Positions 51,835-60,284 of a stretch of 61,706 nt of DNA are shown here, piece by piece. The notes beneath the pieces are model-generated. The model was not told the origin of the DNA and did not search any database. It worked only from the letters and a program-made list of their open reading frames with translations. The stretch comes from an uncultured Bacilli bacterium (GTDB taxonomy: Bacteria > Bacillota_I > Bacilli_A > RF39 > UBA660): contig CANQQR010000004.1 in the NCBI GenBank assembly GCA_947626035.1, positions 1 through 61,706 on the forward strand, in the 5' to 3' direction. Position numbers and translations under genes: made by a program. Every line of letters starts with the position of its first letter. The first letter of the stretch is position 1.

Positions 51835-53070
51835 TTATACTTGAATTACTTCTTTTTCTTTAACTAAAACGACATTATCTAATACTTCTTTTAATTTTTC
51901 AGGTTCAGTTGTATGAATTGGTATAACTTTTTTTGCATGTAATCTATTAAGTAATTTTATTGTCTTTCTATCTGCATGACCTGACGTATGTAAATCAATT
52001 ATATCTTTAACACCATACTTATTAATTTCCTCTAAAAATTTTTTTGTCTCTGGTTCTTTCTTATACCCATCCCACATTGAATAAATAAGGCAAGCATTAT
52101 CAATGAAATTTTTATTATACAATTTTATAATAGATTCCAACATCGAAGTTTTAATCAGTAAACAATATTTCTTATCTTTATAAGATTTTTGTTTAGATCT
52201 TTCTTTAAATTTATAAACATACTTTTGTTTAAATCTTTGACTTTTATCTTTCCCATATTTACTAGTTATCCAAGTATAAACATTATCTCTATTAAATGGA
52301 TTAGGTATAGATTCATCCTTTAAACTCAATGTTAAATTCGAAGTAAAAATATCTTCTATAAATGTTTTTCCTGTCTCAGTTGCAACATTATAAAAAACTT
52401 TAAGTCTATCAATATTAGTTGACGACTGCAATATAAAGACTTGATTATACTTATTAAAAATTTCTTTAGCTCTTTCCATCAAGTGTTCCTCTGTTTCATT
52501 AACTACATCTTCTCTACTTAAGGAAGTGCCCTCAGTTACAATAATATCAACACTACCAATCTCTTTTAAAGTATTATCAAATTCATTACCTCTTAACCCA
52601 TTGCATCTAAAGTCTCCAGTATGAAGCATCCTTTTACCATCACACTCAATTAAAAGCATACAAGAATTATAAGCAGAATGATCAACAAAGTAAGGCGTAA
52701 CTACCATATCATTTATTACAATAGATTTATTAAGTTTCATATCATTAGTTTTAAACCTAATACCTTGATAAGTAAATACTCCCAATAATTTATAAACAAT
52801 TTTAGACATTGGCTCAACATAAACTGGAATATCGTCAAGAATATGATCAATTAAACCAATATGATCACTATGACTATGGGTAATAAATACTGCATCATAT
52901 TGCTTAATACCTGTAGTTAACCCAACAATATTAGGATTTTCTTTCTTTATTTGATTATCTCCTTCTAAATCAGAACCAAAATCAATAATTATTTTTGTCC
53001 CCTTACTACTTACGACTTCAGTAACACAACCTCCTATTTGTTTTGTTCCCTTTATAATCTGTACTTCCAC
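51835..53070 (-). CDS. beta-CASP-type metallo-beta-lactamase-fold nuclease
   Basis: 411 aa. FITHSHSDHIG (HxHxDH), VDHSAYNS, LHTGDFR, VTEGT, LHTSGHAD, VIPIHT. This is the MBL motif 1-4 and beta-CASP A/B/C pattern. Confidence 0.7.
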   Translation of the reverse strand: MEVQIIKGTKQIGGCVTEVVSSKGTKIIIDFGSDLEGDNQIKKENPNIVGLTTGIKQYDAVFITHSHSDHIGLIDHILDDIPVYVEPMSKIVYKLLGVFTYQGIRFKTNDMKLNKSIVINDMVVTPYFVDHSAYNSCMLLIECDGKRMLHTGDFRCNGLRGNEFDNTLKEIGSVDIIVTEGTSLSREDVVNETEEHLMERAKEIFNKYNQVFILQSSTNIDRLKVFYNVATETGKTFIEDIFTSNLTLSLKDESIPNPFNRDNVYTWITSKYGKDKSQRFKQKYVYKFKERSKQKSYKDKKYCLLIKTSMLESIIKLYNKNFIDNACLIYSMWDGYKKEPETKKFLEEINKYGVKDIIDLHTSGHADRKTIKLLNRLHAKKVIPIHTTEPEKLKEVLDNVVLVKEKEVIQV

Positions 53071-53351
53071 TTTTGTAATACCTCCATAATTTCTTTATTA
53101 AAACCTTATATTCTAAATATTCACAAACAATAAATATTAACTAAAACTTATTTAAAATATCAAACTCTATCAACATTATATCATACGCTTTTATAACAAC
53201 AAAGTTTAATTTATCATATTAAAAAGAACTTTCAACTACACAAATTTATACACCATTTATATTATCATTATTATATTTTGTTATTACTTCATAATATTTT
53301 TTTATAAAACTTTTTAATTTCAACATATCTTCTTCCTTTATACTTATTTCT

Positions 53352-53561
53352 CTATTTATAACACACAATTGCCAAATTAGTCATTATAATATAGTACATC
53401 CAAAATATTTGTTTTACTTCAAACTCTGATATATCAACATTCCAATAATCTATTAACAGTTGTTTATGTGTTTTTATATATACTTCATCAAAATTTCTCA
53501 CTTCTTTTAAATTTTTTAAAATCTTAACATGTTTAATATCAACAGTTAAAAAAACATTCAA
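53352..53561 (-). CDS. hypothetical small ORF (possibly a fragment of a decayed gene)
   Basis: 69-aa ORF with no motif. Adjacent short in-frame-like fragments at 53580-53713 and 53260-53340. Confidence 0.2.
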   Translation of the reverse strand: MNVFLTVDIKHVKILKNLKEVRNFDEVYIKTHKQLLIDYWNVDISEFEVKQIFWMYYIIMTNLAIVCYK

Positions 53562-53735
53562 AACCCCATTTCTTAACTTTTATTTAAAAAATAAATCCTT
53601 TTAATCTTTCTTTTCCATTATAAACTAAATACAAAATTATATCAGTATAATCTTCATTTTCAAAAGAAATTGTTGCTTTAAATAAATTATTTATCATTTT
53701 ATCTTTTAATTTCATTATTAAACATCCGTTAACTA

Positions 53736-55922
53736 TCATTGATATTTTTGCATTATTTCAATAAAAATCCTTGGAAATTTAGCCTTATACCAAGAAAATT
53801 TATACGCAATTAAAGTATATGAGACAACATGTGATTTTAATGGTAAATAGCCAATATTTTCTAATTTAAATACATCTTCAGAAGAAATTTTATTAAGCAA
53901 AAATTTTTTATAATTATTCCAATTTTCTAAATCATTTATCTTTTCTTTTCCAATAAAATTCATTATTTCATAAGCTTTATCATACTCAACATTATGTTTA
54001 AGCAAAAACAATAAAATATCTTCACGATAAACTATTATATCTTTAATACTTTCCTTATTTTTTAACAACTTATTAATTTTATTTGTTATACCACCACTAT
54101 GCAAAAGTCCAATTACTTTAACTAAATCAGCAAAATTCTGAGGTTTTATAATATTAATTATAGTTTTAGCATACACATCATCAAATTCAAATAAATATTT
54201 CGTATCTTTCTTATTTATTAAATCAAAAACAATTTGTTCATTTAATGGTATATCTTCTAATTTAACTTTAGTTAAATCTTCTAATTCCTTTAGTATTGTA
54301 GGTACTCTATGGCCTAATACATCAAACTTAATAATAATTGAAACAAGATCATGATAATCAAAATGTGTGCTTAAATAATTATAAATATTATTGCTATGAG
54401 GATAATTACAAGGTGTAAAATCATATACTTCCTTATTTTTAGATATTAAAAATAATCCACCTGGATGTTGTCCAATATTCTTAAACTTACCTTCTAATTT
54501 ATGAATTAAACTAACTTTTTCACGATTAGTTAAACCTCTTTGCATAATTTTTTCTTTAATACTAATAGGCCGCATAAGTCCTATAACTCCGGCTTTAATC
54601 GTATAATCATTGCCCCAAAAATCGATTAAATAATTTATTAAATCTTTTTGAATATAATCAGCAAAATTAACATCAATATCTGGAATTTTCTCAACATTTA
54701 ATCCTAAAAAATTTTCATAAGGAATATTAAATCCATCTTTTTTTAATTTACTATAACACTTCGGACATTTTTTATCAGGCATATCTATTCCATAATTATA
54801 ATTTAAAGCATCATTAAAATAAAAATTTTTACACTTAGAACAATAATAATGAGGAGGAAGTGGATTTATGCTAGTAATTCCCAATAAATATGCAACAAAA
54901 GAAGATGCAACACCACCTCTAACAAATGACGGATACCCCATATCATAAGACTTATCTACTAACTTTTTATATATTAAAAATAAAGACTCAGTATTAGTAT
55001 TAATTATTCCATATTTATTAGAAGCATCGTTACCATATAACTCTTCATTTAATCTCTGGGTAATAATGCTTGGAATATTTTTATCGCACATCTCATTCAA
55101 TCTTTTATTTATAATATACAATATTTTATTTTTGCTATCTTTAATTTGAGGTAAATAACATTTATCATCAATTATTTTTATATCTTTTATTAAACTTGCA
55201 AGTTTATTAGTATTCGTAATAACCAGTTCATATGCTAACTCTTCATCTAAAAAACTAAAATCATCTAACATTTCCTTAGTTGTTTTTAAATAATTAACTA
55301 GTTTATCATCCTTAAATAATTTCTTATAATCATCCCTTTCTTCTTTCTTTAAATAACACACATTAAGAGAAGCTATAACAATCTTATGAATATCTTTAGC
55401 AATATCTATTATTCTTTTTAAATAATTCTTATCTAAAGCTGAATTAACTTCAATAAAATCCCACCATACTAAATCATCTTTAACTTGATAATCTTCCAAA
55501 TCATCATATATTTCTTCCATGTAAGATAAATTTAATCCATATAATAACCCATCACTTAAAAACACTAATTCATCTTTAGTAATAACCTCTTTTCCATATT
55601 TATCTAAATTATCTGTTTTAATCTTAGTAATTATTTTATATAAATTTTTTAATCCTTCTTGAGCTCTTACTAATATAGTAATAGGAATAACTGTTTCAAA
55701 CACAAGCATATTTACTACTGCACCATAAATAATCTTAAACTCAGTAATATTATTAGTTTTAAGATATTTCTCTATTTTAGGAAAATTATACACATTATTA
55801 AAATCAGTAATAGCTACTTTATTTAATCCTATACTTTTTGCATAATTGATTAATTCTTTAAAATCAACAATACTATTCTTTGTCATTTTAGTAAAAACTT
55901 TAAATTCTACTCTTTCTAACAT
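53736..55922 (-). CDS. PolC-like DNA polymerase III alpha core lacking the exonuclease, N-terminal and C-terminal domains, with a degenerate PHP domain
   Basis: GYPSFVRGGVASSFVAYLLGITSINPLPPHYYCSKC..CPKC..KKDGFNIPYENFLG..KIPDIDVNF, GQHPGGLFL..VYDFTPCNYP, HFDYHDLVSIIIKFDVLGH. PHP ligand positions read VEFKVFTKMT and ITDFNNV. Confidence 0.75.
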   Translation of the reverse strand: MLERVEFKVFTKMTKNSIVDFKELINYAKSIGLNKVAITDFNNVYNFPKIEKYLKTNNITEFKIIYGAVVNMLVFETVIPITILVRAQEGLKNLYKIITKIKTDNLDKYGKEVITKDELVFLSDGLLYGLNLSYMEEIYDDLEDYQVKDDLVWWDFIEVNSALDKNYLKRIIDIAKDIHKIVIASLNVCYLKKEERDDYKKLFKDDKLVNYLKTTKEMLDDFSFLDEELAYELVITNTNKLASLIKDIKIIDDKCYLPQIKDSKNKILYIINKRLNEMCDKNIPSIITQRLNEELYGNDASNKYGIINTNTESLFLIYKKLVDKSYDMGYPSFVRGGVASSFVAYLLGITSINPLPPHYYCSKCKNFYFNDALNYNYGIDMPDKKCPKCYSKLKKDGFNIPYENFLGLNVEKIPDIDVNFADYIQKDLINYLIDFWGNDYTIKAGVIGLMRPISIKEKIMQRGLTNREKVSLIHKLEGKFKNIGQHPGGLFLISKNKEVYDFTPCNYPHSNNIYNYLSTHFDYHDLVSIIIKFDVLGHRVPTILKELEDLTKVKLEDIPLNEQIVFDLINKKDTKYLFEFDDVYAKTIINIIKPQNFADLVKVIGLLHSGGITNKINKLLKNKESIKDIIVYREDILLFLLKHNVEYDKAYEIMNFIGKEKINDLENWNNYKKFLLNKISSEDVFKLENIGYLPLKSHVVSYTLIAYKFSWYKAKFPRIFIEIMQKYQ

Positions 55923-56051
55923 TTTTGTTCAACTCCCTCTAAAATTTTAAAATCTTTCTTTCAAAATTAACTTTTCTATTTTCAAATTGCATCTCTTCTA
56001 AAACAAAGCCATCTAATTTTTAAAGTTATCACTAAGGATAACAGAAAAATG

Positions 56052-56831
56052 TCATAAATTAGTATCGGTTACCTTTAATATTCTGTCATCCTCAGTAAAT
56101 TCAATAGACGTATCTTGTCCAAAAAGATTAATAGTAGCTTTAATATTGTTATAATCTAAATCAATTTCGTCAATTACAGCTTGAAGCCCTTGAAATGGTC
56201 CAGTTAAAATTTTAACTTTATCACACTCCTTAACATCTTTAAATGAAGTCCATTCACTTACTAGCTCCTCTTGACTATTTTTTCGATGCGTTTTTACATT
56301 AAGCCAAACACCTAGTTTAACATGATTAGATTTCACTAAAGGAACATCATAACCCTTAAAATACTTATTAATACAATACATTTCATATTCGGTAGATAAT
56401 CCACGATAAACAGGAGCATCATACCCATAATAAGTAGATGCACAAGATATATACTTTTGAACATCAATAGAATCTTGGTGTTCCTTTAATAACTTACATT
56501 GATCAATAATATTATCTTTAGAATCTAAAAGTTTCTCTATATAATCCATATTATAATCAGCTGGAGTAATAATACTAAGAGAATCAGGAATAATTAAAGG
56601 TTCTTCCTTATCTTCCACTTCTAAACCATAATAATACTTAACAATACAATATAAAATATACTTAGCATCTAAATCATAATCACGAAATGTATTTGCTAAA
56701 ATAAGTCTATCAATATATTGTCTTACCCCTTTCCTATATTTAACCTTGCTTAATTCCTTTAGTTGTTCAACAATATTGTCCTTGCTATCAACTATTTTTT
56801 TGACATACTTATTCGAGCGAGCGCAGTTCAT
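56052..56831 (-). CDS. KOW-domain (NusG-like C-terminus) protein with internally duplicated N-terminal region
   Basis: C-terminus DKVKILTGPFQGLQAVIDEIDLDYNNIKATINLFGQDTSIEF equals the NusG KOW pattern. Start at ATG 56831 behind AAAGGAGG. Confidence 0.6.
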   Translation of the reverse strand: MNCARSNKYVKKIVDSKDNIVEQLKELSKVKYRKGVRQYIDRLILANTFRDYDLDAKYILYCIVKYYYGLEVEDKEEPLIIPDSLSIITPADYNMDYIEKLLDSKDNIIDQCKLLKEHQDSIDVQKYISCASTYYGYDAPVYRGLSTEYEMYCINKYFKGYDVPLVKSNHVKLGVWLNVKTHRKNSQEELVSEWTSFKDVKECDKVKILTGPFQGLQAVIDEIDLDYNNIKATINLFGQDTSIEFTEDDRILKVTDTNL

Positions 56832-56954
56832 TAAAGTTTTTCCTCCTTTCAATATAACAAGTATACACCACTTTTTTCAAATCCTTTTAAACGACATAAA
56901 AAAACACATTACTTTCCCAGTTTAAAAGAAAATAATGTGGTTTTTATACTTGTA

Positions 56955-57971
56955 TTAATGTATAATATACCATTCATTTTTACTAAAATCATAACCAATA
57001 TTTCGATATATTTTATTACAATCTATCATATATCTTTCAACTTGTCTTATTGAAACATTAAATTTATTAGCTAAAACACTAGATTTTATAGCTTTTTTAC
57101 CCTTCAAAAATTTATTTATGCTAGAAAGAATTTTAATTTTAGATGACGTAAAATTTATCTTTTCAGTATCTAAAATATAATCATAATATAATTCAGTTAT
57201 ATCATAATCATCAAGAATTTCATTTATAAAATAAATATTAGTATATTTTATGTGACTTTGTCTAATCTTTTCCTCATCATCAGTAATAATATAAACTAAA
57301 TTAAAATGATTAAATAACTTGCGGTATTTTTTATCAATATCTATACAATCTTTAACTTCTAAAAATTTATCATAAATAATTAACAAAAATCCTTGTTTCC
57401 TTTGAAGAGCATCAATATTTTTGACTTTTTTAATATAAGGAAAATGAAAAAAATTATTATCTTCAACAATATCTCTTTTATCAGTAAGAAATCCATTATA
57501 ATCCCCACATATATAAACATTTCTTCCTACATGTTCTAAACCAATACTTTTTTTATAAAATTCTACTTTAACAAAAGAATATTCACCACTATGTAATTTT
57601 TCTAATAATTCATTTTGCAATTTAAGAGCTTGATCATAAGATACATTTTCTCTTTCACATAATATTCTCAATATTTTAGGATTTACATAAATAAATATTA
57701 TTAACTCGCATGGAACAAATTTATTACTAAAAAGTGGGTCACCTTTTTTTACTTCAATTAAATTTTCAACAGTCTTAACATCATTTTGATTCATTTTAAC
57801 ATAGCCATACTTAGAAACAAATAAATCATCTAACACTTTATAATATAATTCACCCATTTTTAACTGATATTTTAAAATTTTAAAATCCATTCCAATAGTC
57901 CCTAATATCAACACACTTTTATCCGTATTTTTCATTAATATTTTTTTAATTTCCTTATATTCTTTATTCAT
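56955..57971 (-). CDS. hypothetical protein with C-terminal HTH (putative regulator)
   Basis: 338 aa from ATG 57971 (AGGTG SD). C-terminal SSVLANKFNVSIRQVERYMIDCNKI. Confidence 0.5.
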   Translation of the reverse strand: MNKEYKEIKKILMKNTDKSVLILGTIGMDFKILKYQLKMGELYYKVLDDLFVSKYGYVKMNQNDVKTVENLIEVKKGDPLFSNKFVPCELIIFIYVNPKILRILCERENVSYDQALKLQNELLEKLHSGEYSFVKVEFYKKSIGLEHVGRNVYICGDYNGFLTDKRDIVEDNNFFHFPYIKKVKNIDALQRKQGFLLIIYDKFLEVKDCIDIDKKYRKLFNHFNLVYIITDDEEKIRQSHIKYTNIYFINEILDDYDITELYYDYILDTEKINFTSSKIKILSSINKFLKGKKAIKSSVLANKFNVSIRQVERYMIDCNKIYRNIGYDFSKNEWYIIH

Positions 57972-58160
57972 ATCAGCACCTATTCCTTTCACTTCACACA
58001 AGGCGTATAGTTTTTCAATCTTTTAATTAATAAATAACATATTAAGTCCTCTAAATTAAAAGATGTCAACCGCTTATAACATTGTGACATCCTTTATTTA
58101 ACGTATTTATTAGCACTTTTAAATTTTCTATTAAATTAAATCGCTTAAAATTCCTTATTA

Positions 58161-58208
58161 ATGCATTTTTTCCACAACAGTTCTTGTATTTCTTCCCACT
58201 TCCACATG
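58161..58208. repeat. 48-bp direct repeat copy 1 (reverse strand encodes a SEC-C motif CGSGKKYKNCCGKNA)
   Basis: 44 of 48 nt identical to 59825-59872 by manual alignment. Confidence 0.85.
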
Positions 58209-58397
58209 TCGTGCATATTCCAATATTTATAGTATTTATGGTATTTATTATTATTGTTGCTATAATTTTTTTTCATTTGCAAACATTTAGCAAACTTTGT
58301 TTGCATCCGTTTACTATCACAATGTACTACTTTGTTAATTGTTTAGAAATATCTCTTTTCCCAACATATACTTATTATAACTTATTAAAAACTCCCT

Positions 58398-59333
58398 CTA
58401 CAATAATTCCAAATATTTCTTTAACATTTCTATCTCTAATCCATTTATCAATTTAACAAAATCAGTATAATCTTTCGTTGTATGTGCTTTATCTAAAGCT
58501 TCATAATATTGTAATCTATTTTCTTTTTTTATTATTACAGGATTAAAGCCATGTTTCATCAAATCTAAATTCATAATTAATCTTGATGTTCTCCCATTTC
58601 CATCAACAAAAGGATGAATTTTAACAAGTTCACCATGCAATAATGTAGCTCGAATTATTGGATGATATTTATTCCAAGTTTTATAATTTAAAATTAATTT
58701 TTCCATTAACTCAGGAACTTTTACAAAGTCTGGTGGAATATGAGTTGCTCCTTTTATAGTTACATTTTCACTTCTATATCTTCCAGCATTTTCATCATCA
58801 ATTTCTTTTAATATAAGAGCGTGTATATTTTTAATATTCCACTCAGTAATTGGGTCATCATCCTTTACTAAATCATTTAAAAACAAAATTGCGTGTTCGT
58901 GATTTATAGCTTCTAAGTGTTCCTTTATTGATTTTCCTCCAACAGTAATTCCTTCTAAAACTACTTGAGTTTCTTTTAAAGTCAAAGTATTTCCTTCTAT
59001 ACCATTACTATTATAAGTCCATTCCAAATTAATTTTTTCTTGTAGAGTTCTAAGTGTATCTTTTGGTATAGGTCTTTTATTATCAAGTTCTTTTTTTAAA
59101 TTGTCTACTTCATCAAAAAAATTATCTGGCAAATTAATAATAAAATCATTGTGATCTGGTTTTATAATCCTTTTATCAACTGGTTTTAGTGCATCAATTG
59201 GGATATTCCAACTATTTCCATTTTTGACTGCACCTTCTATTCTTCCTTCTTTTAATAATTTTCTTATTCTTCTTTCGCTAATATTCCATTTTAGAACAGC
59301 TTCTTTTGTAGTTATAAATTCCAAAGATATCAC
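58398..59333 (-). CDS. Fic-family protein with N-terminal excisionase/MerR-like HTH
   Basis: HPFVDGNGRTSR Fic motif. N-terminal ITTKEAVLKWNISERRIRKLLKEGRI. The likely real start is the TTG at 59324 behind GAGGTGA. Confidence 0.85.
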   Translation of the reverse strand: MISLEFITTKEAVLKWNISERRIRKLLKEGRIEGAVKNGNSWNIPIDALKPVDKRIIKPDHNDFIINLPDNFFDEVDNLKKELDNKRPIPKDTLRTLQEKINLEWTYNSNGIEGNTLTLKETQVVLEGITVGGKSIKEHLEAINHEHAILFLNDLVKDDDPITEWNIKNIHALILKEIDDENAGRYRSENVTIKGATHIPPDFVKVPELMEKLILNYKTWNKYHPIIRATLLHGELVKIHPFVDGNGRTSRLIMNLDLMKHGFNPVIIKKENRLQYYEALDKAHTTKDYTDFVKLINGLEIEMLKKYLELL

Positions 59334-59378
59334 CTCTCAAAACAATTATACCGCTGGCGGTATATTTAGTCAATAACT

Positions 59379-59641
59379 TTAGTCCTTTTTATTTATAATT
59401 TGTTCAATAACTTTTGAAGAAATTGTTTGTTCAAATTTCTCGCTTACTTCTTTCCTTGAAGCAAAAGAACTTGTAACATAATAATTTTCGGTTGTTTCAA
59501 CATTGTTGTGACCTAGTGTATCAGCTACATCACTAAATAATTCCTAATTCATTACAAATTACTTTATAAGAATATTTCGTTATATCTTGCCGCTTCAAAA
59601 CGATACTGATAAACCTTTCCTCTTTTTTGTATACTAATCAC
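59379..59641 (-). pseudogene. tyrosine integrase remnant (N-terminal ~25 codons + C-terminal ~55 codons, internal deletion)
   Basis: GTG 59641 behind AAAGGAG: VISIQKRGKVYQYRFEAARY.. then a stop at 59564. 59379-59543 encodes ..DTLGHNNVETTENYYVTSS.. (LGH..T..Y catalytic Tyr region). Confidence 0.7.
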
Positions 59642-59824
59642 TTTAACCATCTCCTTTCATATTAGTAATTAGTACTTGCTAAAACAAAAAGGAATGTTAA
59701 CATTCTATCTATGTTAACACTCCCTTATTTATAAGTGTTTTAGCTATTTTTTCAACTTATGCAAACAAAATCAAATTTCGCTATCAATATAATTTTTCAT
59801 AAAATTAATAAAGACCCTTTATTT

Positions 59825-59872
59825 ATGCATTTTTTCCACAACAATTTTTGTATTTCTTACCACTCCCACATG
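59825..59872. repeat. 48-bp direct repeat copy 2 (SEC-C motif, ends in TAA at 59823-59825)
   Basis: See 58161-58208. Only a 21-codon ATG ORF (59823-59888) remains. Confidence 0.85.
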
Positions 59873-60160
59873 AACTTGTTACTCCCATATTATCAGTATT
59901 ATTTATATTTATAATATTATTGATATTTCAATGTTTTTAGGACTAGGTAACATTTATATTATCAGTATTTATTGTATTATTTTTATTATAAATATTTATC
60001 TACTGTGGACAAATCGTGGACAATGTCCACATCCGTTCACTGCAGCAATTATATTACATATAATATAAAAATCAAAATGTGTGGATTCTTTCTCCCGTAC
60101 ATTTGACATTTATATTATATCATTTAAAGAAAAGATATTCAATAAGCCTCAAAAAATTTA

Positions 60161-60248
60161 CAGGATAAAATCATGAAAAAATAAAAGAAGAACATTTAAA
60201 ACTATATAGAATATGGTTTTTAGATGTTTTTTTCTTTAAAAATTTACT
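60161..60248. repeat. IS left terminal inverted repeat
   Basis: caggataaaatcatgaaaaaataaaag.. is the reverse complement of 61542-61629, with 87 of 88 positions matching. Confidence 0.9.
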
Positions 60249-60284
60249 ATATTGATTTAAAATTGATGTAGGGTGTAATAGAAA

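Noticed and set aside
60004-60088. The DnaA-box-like cluster as the chromosomal oriC.
   Set aside because: There is no dnaA or dnaN nearby. The boxes are imperfect and few, and they sit among IS and integrase debris. An element-borne operator or origin is more plausible, so it is reported only as a low-to-medium interest finding.
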